DNA from: Desulfobacteraceae bacterium
GTDB lineage: Bacteria > Desulfobacterota > Desulfobacteria > Desulfobacterales > JALSRD01
Length of the DNA stretch: 64,000 nucleotides
Assembly (NCBI GenBank): GCA_027061725.1
Contig: JAMOVG010000382.1
Coordinates: 15,644 to 79,643, forward strand
Direction of reading: 5' to 3'
The stretch's first letter is position 1, and the number at the start of each line of letters is the position of its first letter. The notes under the pieces were generated by a model. It worked only from the letters and a program-made list of their open reading frames with translations, was not told where the DNA came from and searched no databases. The translations under genes and the position numbers were made by a program. Below are positions 1 through 9,080 of the stretch, in pieces.

Positions 1-908
1 TCCTTTTCCACCAGGTCCCACTTGTTGAGCAGCACGACGCAGGCGCGGCCGCGGTCGACGGCGTATCCCGCCACGGTCAGGTCCTGGTCGGTGATGCCCT
101 CGCTGGCGTCCATCAGGATCAGGGCCACGTCGCAGCGCTCCAGGCTGCGCAGGGCCTTGACCACCGAAAATTTTTCCAGCCGGGCGGAAACCCTTCCCTT
201 GCGCCGGATGCCGGCCGTGTCGATGAGCAGAAAAGGCTTTCCGTCGACGCGCACGGGCGTGTCCACGGCATCGCGCGTGGTGCCGGGCACATCGCTGACC
301 ACCAGGCGTTCGCTGCCCACGATGCGGTTGATGAGCGAGGACTTGCCCACGTTGGGGCGCCCCACCACGGCCACCCGAATGGCTTCCCCGCTATCCCGGT
401 GTCGGGCCCCCTTGTGGGGCAGGGCCGCCACCACCGCCGTGAAAAGATCGGAAACGCCGTAGCCGTGCTCGGCCGACAGCGCGTAGAGCGGTTCGACACC
501 CAGGCCGTAGAATTCGAAAAGTGCATCCTCCTGTTCGGGCCCGTCGATCTTGTTGACCGCGAAAAAGACCGGCTTGCCGGCCTGGCGCAGCATATCCGCC
601 AGGTCGTGGTCGTAGGGCGACAGGCCCTGGCGGCCGTCGAGCAGCACCACCACGGCGTCGGCGTCGGCCACGGCCAGCTCCACCTGGCGGCGGATGCGGG
701 GAGCGAAGGCGTCGCTGTCGCCGCTGACGAAGCCGCCGGTGTCCACCAGTGTGAAGGCCGTCTCGTCCCACACGGCGTCGCCGTAATGGCGGTCGCGTGT
801 CACCCCCGGCATGTCGTCCACCAGCGCATCGCGGCTGCGGGTCAGGCGGTTAAAGAGGGTGGACTTGCCCACGTTGGGGCGCCCCACTAGAACGACGACG
901 GGTTTCAT
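1..908 (-). CDS. der: GTPase Der/EngA, N-terminal ~300 aa (gene runs off the left edge)
   Basis: Absent from the ORF track because it has no stop in the window. The reverse complement from ATG at 908-906 reads MKPVVVLVGRPNVGKSTLFNRLTRSRDALVDDMPGVTRDR. A second P-loop, VAVVGRPNVGKSSLINRI, lies near 340-390, and DTAG motifs are present. This is the tandem G-domain architecture of Der. Confidence 0.9.
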   Translation of the reverse strand, partial: MKPVVVLVGRPNVGKSTLFNRLTRSRDALVDDMPGVTRDRHYGDAVWDETAFTLVDTGGFVSGDSDAFAPRIRRQVELAVADADAVVVLLDGRQGLSPYDHDLADMLRQAGKPVFFAVNKIDGPEQEDALFEFYGLGVEPLYALSAEHGYGVSDLFTAVVAALPHKGARHRDSGEAIRVAVVGRPNVGKSSLINRIVGSERLVVSDVPGTTRDAVDTPVRVDGKPFLLIDTAGIRRKGRVSARLEKFSVVKALRSLERCDVALILMDASEGITDQDLTVAGYAVDRGRACVVLLNKWDLVEK

Positions 909-916
909 GAGGCGTC

Positions 917-1702
917 TCAGTGCAAAATTTGGCTGAGAAAGAGTTTGGTCCGTTCGTGGCGCGGGTTCTCGAAGAACATCTCGGGGGTGTTCTCCTCCAC
1001 GATGCGGCCATAGTCCATGAACAGTACCCGATGGGCCACGCTCTTGGCGAATCCCATCTCGTGGGTCACCACGATCATGGTCATGCCCTCCTGGGCCAGT
1101 TCGATCATGACGTCCAGGACTTCCTTAATCATCTCGGGGTCCAGTGCCGAGGTGGGCTCATCGAATAGCATCACCTTGGGCTCCATGCACAGGCTGCGGG
1201 CGATGGCCACGCGCTGCTGCTGCCCGCCCGACAGCTGCCCCGGGTACTTCTTGGCCTGCTCGGCGATGTGCACCTTCTCCAGGTAGTACATGGCCATCTC
1301 CTCGGCCTTGCGCTTGGGGGTCTTGCGCACCCAGATGGGGCCCAGGGTGAGGTTTTCCAGGATGGTCAGGTGCGGGAAGAGGTTGAAGTGCTGAAACACC
1401 ATGCCCACTTCGGCGCGGATCTGCTCGATGTTGCGGATGTTGTTGGTCAGCTCGATGCCGTCCACGATGATCTTGCCGCGCTGGTGCTCCTCGAGGCGGT
1501 TGATACAGCGGATAAGCGTGGACTTTCCCGACCCCGAAGGCCCGCAGATGACGATGCGCTCCTTCTTCTTGACCGTCAGGTTGATACCCTGCAGCACGTG
1601 GAATTCTCCGAACCACTTATGCATGTCGATGATCTCGATCATGACTTCGTCGGACGGTGCGGCCGGCACGGCCGGCTTCTTTGCAGCGCTTTGATCTCCC
1701 AT
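917..1702 (-). CDS. aapP: Polar amino-acid ABC transporter ATP-binding protein (AapP/GlnQ type)
   Basis: 261 aa. Walker [13 protein letters not shown] signature [13 protein letters not shown], Walker [13 protein letters not shown]-loop VTHEM. Last gene of a four-gene aap-like operon. Confidence 0.9.
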   Translation of the reverse strand: MGDQSAAKKPAVPAAPSDEVMIEIIDMHKWFGEFHVLQGINLTVKKKERIVICGPSGSGKSTLIRCINRLEEHQRGKIIVDGIELTNNIRNIEQIRAEVGMVFQHFNLFPHLTILENLTLGPIWVRKTPKRKAEEMAMYYLEKVHIAEQAKKYPGQLSGGQQQRVAIARSLCMEPKVMLFDEPTSALDPEMIKEVLDVMIELAQEGMTMIVVTHEMGFAKSVAHRVLFMDYGRIVEENTPEMFFENPRHERTKLFLSQILH

Positions 1703-1737
1703 CGGATTACCTCTTTAAAACGGTGAACGGGGCGGTA

Positions 1738-2835
1738 TCAATACTCCTCGGTGGACAGCTCCTTCTCCAGCTTGCGGCTGTAGTTGGACATGGAGAAACA
1801 GCCCAGGAAGTACAGGATGGCCACGAAAATGTACGCCTCCGGGCTGAAACCCATCCACTTGGGATTGGACAGCACGGACTGCGTGGTCTTGAGCACGTCG
1901 TACAGGGCGATGATCACCACCAGCGAGGTGTCTTTGAAGGCCGATATCAGGATGCTGACGGTGGGCGGAATGACGATCTTGAGGGCCTGGGGCAGAATCA
2001 CCAGCCGCATGGTGAGGTAGTAATTCAGGCCCAGGGCCTCGGCCGCCTCGTACTGCCCCCGGGGCATGCCCTGCAGGCCGCCGCGCACCACCTCGGCGAT
2101 GTAAGCGGCCGTAAACAGGATGATGGCCACCTGGGCCCGCAGGATCTTGTTGATGGTGACCCCCTCGGGCAGGAAGAGCGGGAAGATGATCGAGGACATG
2201 AACAGCAGGCTGATGAGGGGCACGCCGCGGATGAGTTCGATGTACACCACGCAGAGCGTCTTGATGCCCTTCATCTGCGACTGCCGCCCCAGGGCCAGAA
2301 GCACCCCCAGGGGGTAGGCCGCGGTGAGCCCGAAAATCGACAGCAGCAGCGTCAGCGGCAGGCCGCCCCACTGGGTGCTTTCCACCGGCTGCAGGCCGAG
2401 AATTCCGCCGCGCATGAGAATGCCCATGGCGGTCAGCCCGATGACCCAGGTGTAGAGCAGGGACTTTTTCCAGTACCTGCGGTCCCGGCTGATGAAAAGC
2501 AGCAAAAAAAGCAGTAACATGGCGGTCAGCGGGCGCCACTGCTGGTCGTAGGGGTAAAAGCCGAAGATGATGAAGCGCAGGTTCTCGGTGACCACGGCCC
2601 AGCAGGCGCCCGTAGCCTGCCGGCACCCCTGCCCGCCGGTATGCCAGACGCTGTCGATGAAGGCCCAGCGAATCAGGGGCGGCACGGTTTTGTAGAGCAG
2701 GAAGATGGTCGCCAGGGTTAGCAGCGAGTTGAAAAAGCCGTTGAACAGGTTGGCGCGCACCCAGCCGACGACCCCCACGCTGGTCGGCGGCGGCTTGAGG
2801 ACTTCTCTTTCGGTGGGCTGTGCAGCGGATGCCAT
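1738..2835 (-). CDS. aapM: Amino-acid ABC transporter permease (AapM-like)
   Basis: 365 aa polytopic protein. Has the His/Glu/Gln/Arg-family permease EAA-type loop (EAAEALGLNYYLTMRLVILPQALKIVIPP). The size matches the large AapM class. Confidence 0.85.
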   Translation of the reverse strand: MASAAQPTEREVLKPPPTSVGVVGWVRANLFNGFFNSLLTLATIFLLYKTVPPLIRWAFIDSVWHTGGQGCRQATGACWAVVTENLRFIIFGFYPYDQQWRPLTAMLLLFLLLFISRDRRYWKKSLLYTWVIGLTAMGILMRGGILGLQPVESTQWGGLPLTLLLSIFGLTAAYPLGVLLALGRQSQMKGIKTLCVVYIELIRGVPLISLLFMSSIIFPLFLPEGVTINKILRAQVAIILFTAAYIAEVVRGGLQGMPRGQYEAAEALGLNYYLTMRLVILPQALKIVIPPTVSILISAFKDTSLVVIIALYDVLKTTQSVLSNPKWMGFSPEAYIFVAILYFLGCFSMSNYSRKLEKELSTEEY

Positions 2836-2842
2836 GGCGCGT

Positions 2843-4018
2843 CTACCTTTCCACCAGTGCGGCCTTTTGGTTGTACCAGTTCATGAACACGGAGGTCGAC
2901 AGGCTGAAAAACAGGTACACCGCCATGATCAGCGCGACCCCCTCGATGGACTGCCCGGTCTGGTTGATGGTGGTGTTGGCCACCGATACGAAGTCGGGGA
3001 AGCCGATGGCGACGGCCAGGGAACTGTTTTTGGTCAGGTTGAGCATCTGGCTGGTGAGCGGCGGTATGATGACCCGCAGGGCCTGGGGCAGAATCACCAG
3101 ATTGAGGACCTGGCTCTGCTTCAGGCCGATGGCCAGGGCCGCCTCGGTCTGCCCCTTGTTGACCGACTGGATGCCGGCCCGCACCACCTCGGCCACGAAG
3201 GCCGCCGTGTAGAGCACCAGCCCCATCAGCAGGGCGATAAACTCGGGCGAAAAGGTGATGCCGCCTTTGAAGTTGAACCCCACGAGCTTGGGCACGTTCA
3301 TGGCGTGCGGCATTCCGAAAGCCCACCACACGATCAGCGGAAACCCCAGCAGCATGGCCAGGCCGACCCGGAATACCGGGAAAATGAGTCCGCGTTCCTC
3401 CTGGCGCCGGCGCGCCCAGCGCCGCATCAGCCAGGTCAGCACGCAGGCCGCCAGGAAAGCCGCCAGCATCCACTTGTAGGCCGGGTGTGCGCTGGGCACC
3501 GCCACGGCCACGCCGCGGTTGCACAGGAAAACACCGGCGAAGGGGTGCAGCGCCTGGCGCGGCGACGGCAGCGTCTCATAGAAAATGGCGTACCAGAAGA
3601 AGAGCTGCAGCAGCACCGGGATGTCCTGCATGACCTCGATGTAAAGACCCGCCAAGCGGGCCACCAACCAGTTGGAGGACAGGCGGGCGATGCCGATGAT
3701 GGTGCCCAGCAGCACGCTGAGCACGATGCCGATGAAGGAGACCTTGAGGGTGTTCAGGGCGCCCACCAGCAGCGCCCGGGCGTAGGTGTCGGCCGACGAG
3801 TAGGGAATCATGGACTCGCCGATCTCGAAGGAGGCCTCTTTCTCCAGGAAGCCGAAACCGGTGGCAATGGACTGGCGTTTGAGGTTGGTCAGGGTGTTGG
3901 ACACCAGGTAGTAAGCCAGCAGTCCCACCAGGCAGAAAACCAGGATCTGGAACACCACGGCCCGCTTTTTGGGGTCGAGCCAGAATGGTATATTTTCGCC
4001 GGCAACGTCGGTCGCCAT
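2843..4018 (-). CDS. aapQ: Amino-acid ABC transporter permease (AapQ-like)
   Basis: 391 aa polytopic protein with the motif EAALAIGLKQSQVLNLVILPQALRVIIPP. Adjacent to aapM and aapJ. Confidence 0.85.
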   Translation of the reverse strand: MATDVAGENIPFWLDPKKRAVVFQILVFCLVGLLAYYLVSNTLTNLKRQSIATGFGFLEKEASFEIGESMIPYSSADTYARALLVGALNTLKVSFIGIVLSVLLGTIIGIARLSSNWLVARLAGLYIEVMQDIPVLLQLFFWYAIFYETLPSPRQALHPFAGVFLCNRGVAVAVPSAHPAYKWMLAAFLAACVLTWLMRRWARRRQEERGLIFPVFRVGLAMLLGFPLIVWWAFGMPHAMNVPKLVGFNFKGGITFSPEFIALLMGLVLYTAAFVAEVVRAGIQSVNKGQTEAALAIGLKQSQVLNLVILPQALRVIIPPLTSQMLNLTKNSSLAVAIGFPDFVSVANTTINQTGQSIEGVALIMAVYLFFSLSTSVFMNWYNQKAALVER

Positions 4019-4195
4019 GATAGAAGAATCCCGCTGGTCAGCCGTAGGCTACAGAAAGCAGGGGCCCGCCTGCGGCAGCACCCCTGCACATTTTACATCC
4101 GATCGGGCGGGGCGCCCGGGATCCTGCTCAGCCCCGGGGCGCGCCGCTTGCGGCGACAATCACACCCGGGGCAAAGTCCACGGGCACCGGTGCCA

Positions 4196-5212
4196 TTATC
4201 TGAACGGCCAGGCGTACATCAGGCCACCCTTGGTCCACAGGGCGTTGAGGCCCCGCTCGAGCTTGAGGGGCGTGTTGGGCCCCACGTTGCGGTCGAAGAT
4301 CTCGCCGTAGTTGCCCACCTGCTTGACAATGTTGTAGGCCCACTTGTCGTCCAGGCCCAGGGCCTTTCCAAGACCCGGGGTTACACCCAGGAAACGTTTG
4401 ACGCGCGGGTCTTTGCTCTTGAGTTTCTCGTCCACGTTCTTGGAGGTGATGCCCAGTTCCTCGGCCTGGATGAGGGCCATCACGGTCCAGTTGACGATGT
4501 CATACCACTGGTCGTCGCCGTGGCGCACCACCGGCGCCAGGGGCTCCTTGGAGATGATCTCGGGCAGCAGCACGTAGTCGTCCGGATTGGGGGCCACGCT
4601 GCGCTGGGCCGCCAGCTGGGAGGAGTCCGAGGTCAGGCAGTCGCAGCGGCCGGCGAAAAAGGCTTTGTTGAGTTCCGAGGTCTGCTCGATGACCACCGGT
4701 TTCCACTTCATGCCGTGGGAACGAAAGTAGTCGGCGGCGTTGAGTTCGGTGGTGGTGCCGGGCAGGACGCACACCGTGGCGCCGTCGAGTTCCTTGGCGC
4801 TCTTGACGCCCAGCTTCTTGGGCACCAGGAATCCCTGGCCGTCGTAGAAATTGACATGGGTGAAGTTCAGCCCGTTGGTGGTGTCGCGGGTCAGCGTGGC
4901 GGTGGTGTTGCGGCACAGTACGTCGATTTCCTTGGACTGCAGGGCCGGCAGGCGCTGCACGGCCGTCAGCGGCACGAACTTGACCTTGTTGGCGTCGCCG
5001 AATACGGCCGCGGCAATGGCCTTGGCGGTGTCCACGTCCAGGCCTTTCCAGACGCCCTTTTTATCGGGCATGCTGAAGCCAAAAACCCCGCCGTTGACGC
5101 CCACCTGCACAAAGCCCTTGGCACGTACATCCTGCAGGGTGCCCGCCATGGCCAGGGTGGAGACGGCGAAAAGGGCCACGGTCACTAGAACAGCCAGCTT
5201 CAACGATTTCAT
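4196..5212 (-). CDS. aapJ: General L-amino-acid ABC transporter periplasmic binding protein (AapJ-like)
   Basis: The track ORF 4196..5548 is over-extended. The real start is ATG at 5212, preceded by GGAGG at 5221-5226 (minus strand). The product begins MKSLKLAVLVTVALFAVSTLAMAG (signal peptide). The body (NFYDGQGFLVPKK, VCVLPGTTTE) matches the AapJ/BztA class. Confidence 0.85.
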   Translation of the reverse strand: MKSLKLAVLVTVALFAVSTLAMAGTLQDVRAKGFVQVGVNGGVFGFSMPDKKGVWKGLDVDTAKAIAAAVFGDANKVKFVPLTAVQRLPALQSKEIDVLCRNTTATLTRDTTNGLNFTHVNFYDGQGFLVPKKLGVKSAKELDGATVCVLPGTTTELNAADYFRSHGMKWKPVVIEQTSELNKAFFAGRCDCLTSDSSQLAAQRSVAPNPDDYVLLPEIISKEPLAPVVRHGDDQWYDIVNWTVMALIQAEELGITSKNVDEKLKSKDPRVKRFLGVTPGLGKALGLDDKWAYNIVKQVGNYGEIFDRNVGPNTPLKLERGLNALWTKGGLMYAWPFR

Positions 5213-5519
5213 CAGAACCCCTCCTTTCCGGTTACGGGTCATCCTCCCGGTCGATCGGGCAGTGTCCGGAAGGCTTTCAAAAGCCCACAAATCTGTAAAA
5301 TGCATACACCAGGACCAGGATCGTTGGCAAGGGAAAATGCCGCACCCGGCGCCCTGCCCCGGCCCCCAGCAGGCACGGTCGTCCGGCCGCGCTGACCCCT
5401 TGGCGCACAGAAAGAAATTGCACCCTACGCGGATTTGATCTATGATGGCCGGAGCCGGTGTGAACAGGCCTAGACGACGCCGGAAACGACACCAACCCCG
5501 GATTTCGACGGCGAAGAAC

Positions 5520-6152
5520 ATGCATTCAGAACGACCCGAAAACGGCACCCCCCTGCTGGAGATTTACTCCGATTTCATCTGACCCTGGTGCTACTTCAGT
5601 GCCGTGGGCATTGAACGTCTGCAGGCCGAGCACGGCGTGGCGGTCCGCTGGCGCGGCTTTCCGCTGCACCCCGAGATCCCCGAGGAGGGTATCCCGCTCG
5701 AACGGCTCTTCGACGCCGACAGCGGCCACGTGGCCGCCATGGTCGCCCGCCTGAAGCAGGTGGCGGCCGAACTGCATCTCCCCTTCGGCGACCGCAGCAT
5801 GAGCTACAACAGCCGACTGGCCCAGGAACTGGCCAAGTGGGCCGAGTCCCAGGGGCGCGGCGAAGCCTTCCACTGGGCGGCCTTCAGGGCCTACTTCGCC
5901 GATGGCCGCAACCTGGCCGACCGGCAGGTGCTGCGCGACCTGGCCCGCGAAGCCGGGCTGGACCCCGATGAAGCCGAAGCAGTGATCCGCGAGCGCCGTT
6001 TCCGCCCCGATGTGGACCGGGACTGGACGCTGGCCGCGGAGATGGGCGTCACCGTGATTCCCACATTCATCTACGGGAAAAACCGCATCACCGGCGCCCA
6101 AACCTATGAAGCCATGGCGGAACTGGTCACGGGCGGTTCGCGCCTTCTGTAA
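5520..6152 (+). CDS. DsbA/FrnE-family thiol oxidoreductase with in-frame TGA (putative selenocysteine) in the redox motif
   Basis: The track starts at 5604, but the frame is open from ATG 5520 apart from one TGA at 5580-5582. The translation is MHSERPENGTPLLEIYSDFI-[TGA]-PWCYFSAVGIERLQ. The context DFI-x-PWCY is the DsbA-family CPWC active site, with TGA replacing the first Cys. A hairpin follows directly. Confidence 0.7.
5583..5608 (+). promoter_or_regulatory. SECIS-like stem-loop immediately 3' of the in-frame UGA
   Basis: The fold is CCC-U-GGUGC-[UACUUCA]-GUGCC-GU-GGG. That is a 5-bp stem (2 G-U pairs) plus a 3-bp lower stem and a 7-nt loop, with the loop 10-16 nt after the UGA. Folded by eye only. 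Confidence 0.4.
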
Positions 6153-6179
6153 ACGGGCGCCGCTCGAGGAGAAAACAGC

Positions 6180-7181
6180 ATGCAAGAGGACTCCTGGACC
6201 CCGGGCAGAATCCTGGACACCGCCGGCGGCTACTGGCAGCCCTGCACACTCATGGCCGCCGTGGAACTGGACGTCTTCACCCGCATCGGCGACGGACACC
6301 TGACGGCCGAAGCGGTCGCCCGGCACGTAGGCGGCCGCCCCGGGGCTACGGCGCGCCTGCTGGATGCCCTGGCCGCCATGGGCCTGCTGGAAAAGTCCGA
6401 TGGCCGCTACCGCAACGGCGCCGCCGCCCGCCAGCACCTCTGCAGCGACGCTCCCGGCTACCTGGGCTACATGGTGCGCCATCACGCCGACCTGATCCGC
6501 TCCTGGGCGCGCCTGAAAACCGCCGTTCTGGCAGGCAATGCGGTCCCAAACCCCGAGGCCCCGCCGGCCGACACCAGCCGCCGGGACTTTCTCATGGGCA
6601 TGTTCAACGTCGCCAGCCAACTGGCGCCGCGTGTGGCGCCGCAGATCGACCTGTCCGGGCGGCGGCACCTGCTGGATCTGGGCGGCGGACCCGGCACCTG
6701 GGCCATCTATTTCTGCCGCAGCAACCCGCAGCTGAGCGCCACGGTGTGCGACCTGCCCACCACGCGCCCCTTCGCCGAAGAGGCCATCGCCCGCCACGGG
6801 CTGGCCGACCGCATCGCCTTCGCGGACTGCGACTACCTTTCCCAGCAGATCCCCGGCGCCTATGACGCCGCCTGGCTGTCGCATATCCTGCACGGCGAGG
6901 GCCCGGAGGACTGTGCCGCCATACTGGCCAAAACCGTGGCAGCCATGAAACCCGGTGCCGTGGTCATGATTCACGAGTTCATCCTGGACGACGACGGGGC
7001 CGGCCCCCTGTTTCCGGCGCTTTTTTCGCTCAACATGCTGCTGCGGACGGAAGCCGGTCGCAGTTACCGCCAGTGCGAACTCGAGGAGATGCTGACCATC
7101 GCCGGCGTGCGGCAGGTACGTCGGCTGCACCTGGACACCCCCAACGGCTCGGACGTGATCCTCGGCGAGGTGCCGGCATGA
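6180..7181 (+). CDS. Class I SAM-dependent O-methyltransferase (Methyltransf_2 / dimerisation-domain type)
   Basis: 333 aa. SAM-binding motif LLDLGGGPGTWAIYF. N-terminal winged-helix dimerisation region (AMGLLEKSDGRYRN). C-terminal HILHGEG...MIHEF, typical of the CrtF/ASMT-like O-methyltransferases. Confidence 0.8.
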   Translation: MQEDSWTPGRILDTAGGYWQPCTLMAAVELDVFTRIGDGHLTAEAVARHVGGRPGATARLLDALAAMGLLEKSDGRYRNGAAARQHLCSDAPGYLGYMVRHHADLIRSWARLKTAVLAGNAVPNPEAPPADTSRRDFLMGMFNVASQLAPRVAPQIDLSGRRHLLDLGGGPGTWAIYFCRSNPQLSATVCDLPTTRPFAEEAIARHGLADRIAFADCDYLSQQIPGAYDAAWLSHILHGEGPEDCAAILAKTVAAMKPGAVVMIHEFILDDDGAGPLFPALFSLNMLLRTEAGRSYRQCELEEMLTIAGVRQVRRLHLDTPNGSDVILGEVPA

Positions 7182-7684
7182 AACCCGCCGACGAACGCTT
7201 CCGGCCGGTGCCAAACCGCGGCGACCACAACTGCTTCGCCTGCGGCCCCGAAAACCCCGTGGGCCTGGCCATGAAATTTTACAGCGACGGGCAATCGGTG
7301 GTTTCCTGGCTGCGGGTGGACAACCACCTGTGCGGCTGGGATAACCTGCTGCACGGCGGCGTGATCTCCACCCTGCTCGACGAAATCATGAGCTGGACCA
7401 TCATCCACCTGCTGCAAAAGTTCATCCTCACCAAGCGCATCACGGTCGACTTTCTCAAACCGCTGTACGTCGACACCCCACTGAAGGTCGAGGGCCGCAT
7501 ACGCGAAGTCTGCAACGACAGGGAAGCCGTGGTCGAGGGCGTGGTCTGCGATGAGAAAAGAGGGCCCTGCGCCCGCTCGGTGGGTACCTTCGCCCTGCTC
7601 AAACCGGAAGTCGCCCGCCGCATGAAAATCATGAGCCCGGAAGCCATCGATGCATTCGTGCAACTGCTCGAAGCCCAGCGCTGA
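7178..7684 (+). CDS. PaaI-family hotdog-fold thioesterase
   Basis: ATG 7178 overlaps the methyltransferase stop (ATGA). The motifs NHNCFACGPENPVGL and GWDNLLHGGVISTLLDE are characteristic of the PaaI/YbgC-like hotdog thioesterases. Confidence 0.8.
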   Translation: MKPADERFRPVPNRGDHNCFACGPENPVGLAMKFYSDGQSVVSWLRVDNHLCGWDNLLHGGVISTLLDEIMSWTIIHLLQKFILTKRITVDFLKPLYVDTPLKVEGRIREVCNDREAVVEGVVCDEKRGPCARSVGTFALLKPEVARRMKIMSPEAIDAFVQLLEAQR

Positions 7685-9068
7685 GCCACAGCCGGCGGCA
7701 GCCGCCCCCCGCCGGGCCGAATACGTCTTCGTGGCCGCAGGCCTGATTCTGCTGGCGGCCGTGGCCCTGCGCCCGAGCATCCGCGGCAACGACGGCGTAG
7801 GGCACTACGTCTACCTGGCCTCGCTGCTGCGCGGCGGGGACCTGGACCTGGCCGACGACTACCGCGCCTTCGACCGCCTCAAGCACTACCCCTACCGCTT
7901 CAGAGACCTGCCGCGCTCCCCGTGCACCGGTCTGTACGGCAACCGCTTCGGGGTGGGGGCCGCCCTGCTGTGGGCCCCTTTCGTCTTCACGCTGCGGATA
8001 CTGCCCTGGGGACAGCCCGCCGACCCCGCCATGACGGGGCTCACCCGCCCCTACGAATGGGCCGTGGGCGTGGGCACGGCCGCCTATGTCTTTGCGGCCC
8101 TGCTGCTGCTCTACCGCCGGCTGCGTCGTCGGCAGGGGCCCTTTGCCGGCGCCCTGACGGTGTGCGCCCTGCTGCTGGCCACCCCCCTGGGGTTCTACGC
8201 TCTGGCCCACGGCTCCATGTCCCACGGGGTCGAGTTTTTCGCGGCCGTGCTGTCGCTGCTGGCCTTCGAAGCCGCCTGGACGCGGCCCTCTGCACGCCGC
8301 GCCGCGCTGCTGGGGGCGACCGCCGGCCTGCTGGCCATGATCCGCATCCAGGACGGCGCCTGGGGACTGGTTTTCGCGGCCGCCGTATGCCTGCGGGCCT
8401 GGCGGGTGCCGGCGGCGGCCGGAAGCGATGGACGGATCACAAAAGGCGCGGGCATCCCGAGGCTCCTGAAGCACGGACTGTCCTTTGCGGCGGCCGCCCT
8501 GCTGGCCTTTACCCCCCAGCTGGCGGTCTGGAAAATCCTCTACGGCAGCTGGCTGAGCGGGCCGGTGCCCTACCTCGACGGTTCGGTGGCCTACTTCTCC
8601 CCGTGGCCGAGGCACGCGCTGGAGGCGCTTTTCAGCGAACGCGGAGGGGTTCTGGCCTGGCACCCGGTGATGGCCCTGGGATTGGTGGGGCTCTGCAGCG
8701 CCCTGATGCGCCCGACACAGGACCGGCCGGCGGCGGCCGTTGGACTGGCCGGATTCGCGGCCCAGGTGGTGGTGGTGGGAAGCTGGTCCGCCTGGTGGGC
8801 GGGTGCCTCTTTCGGCAACCGCTATTTCATCGCGGCCCTGCCCTTCCTGGCCATCGGCCTGTCCCGCTGGCTGGAGAACGCAACGCCCTCCGGCAGGCGC
8901 CGCCGGGCGCTCCTGGTGGTGCTGCTCATCTTCTGGAACCTGGGCCTGCTGGTGCAGTACGCCACGCAAATGGTTCCCCGCGAGGACGCCGTTGCCTGGA
9001 GCCGGGTCGTCCGGCAGAACCTGACGGACGTACCGCGCTGGCTGTGGCACCGGATCTTCCCCGGTTGA
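7650..9068 (+). CDS. Polytopic integral membrane protein, possibly a GT-C-fold (ArnT/PMT-like) glycosyltransferase
   Basis: 472 aa with more than 10 hydrophobic segments. An acidic first loop (GGDLDLADDY) resembles GT-C family enzymes. The functional assignment is weak. The start is uncertain: ATG 7650 overlaps the thioesterase by 35 nt, and an in-frame GTG lies at 7731. Confidence 0.55.
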   Translation: MHSCNCSKPSAEPQPAAAAPRRAEYVFVAAGLILLAAVALRPSIRGNDGVGHYVYLASLLRGGDLDLADDYRAFDRLKHYPYRFRDLPRSPCTGLYGNRFGVGAALLWAPFVFTLRILPWGQPADPAMTGLTRPYEWAVGVGTAAYVFAALLLLYRRLRRRQGPFAGALTVCALLLATPLGFYALAHGSMSHGVEFFAAVLSLLAFEAAWTRPSARRAALLGATAGLLAMIRIQDGAWGLVFAAAVCLRAWRVPAAAGSDGRITKGAGIPRLLKHGLSFAAAALLAFTPQLAVWKILYGSWLSGPVPYLDGSVAYFSPWPRHALEALFSERGGVLAWHPVMALGLVGLCSALMRPTQDRPAAAVGLAGFAAQVVVVGSWSAWWAGASFGNRYFIAALPFLAIGLSRWLENATPSGRRRRALLVVLLIFWNLGLLVQYATQMVPREDAVAWSRVVRQNLTDVPRWLWHRIFPG

Positions 9069-9080
9069 CCGCCGCGCCGC

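Noticed and set aside
2705-5188. 827-aa plus-strand ORF spanning the aapM, aapQ and aapJ region
   Set aside because: It is antisense to three genes with clear ABC-transporter motifs. Its translation is Gly/Ala/His/Arg/Gln-rich low-information sequence, typical of stop-free shadow frames in GC-rich DNA. There is no RBS.
5326-5341. Sigma-54-like element GGCATTTTCCCTTGC (minus strand) upstream of aapJ
   Set aside because: The GG-to-GC spacing is one nucleotide too long (13 instead of 12). The element is part of an imperfect palindrome (GGCA...TGCC). It is not a credible -24/-12 promoter.
4196-5548. 450-aa version of the amino-acid binding protein
   Set aside because: The first 112 residues are non-homologous read-through of the upstream intergenic region. 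An ATG with GGAGG at 5212 gives a canonical signal peptide and the expected length of about 338 aa.
5526-7214. 562-aa minus-strand ORF opposite the DsbA-like and methyltransferase genes
   Set aside because: Shadow ORF. The plus-strand genes carry specific family motifs (CPWC-type site, SAM-binding GGGPG). The minus-strand product has none and has skewed Ala/Gly/Arg/Val composition.
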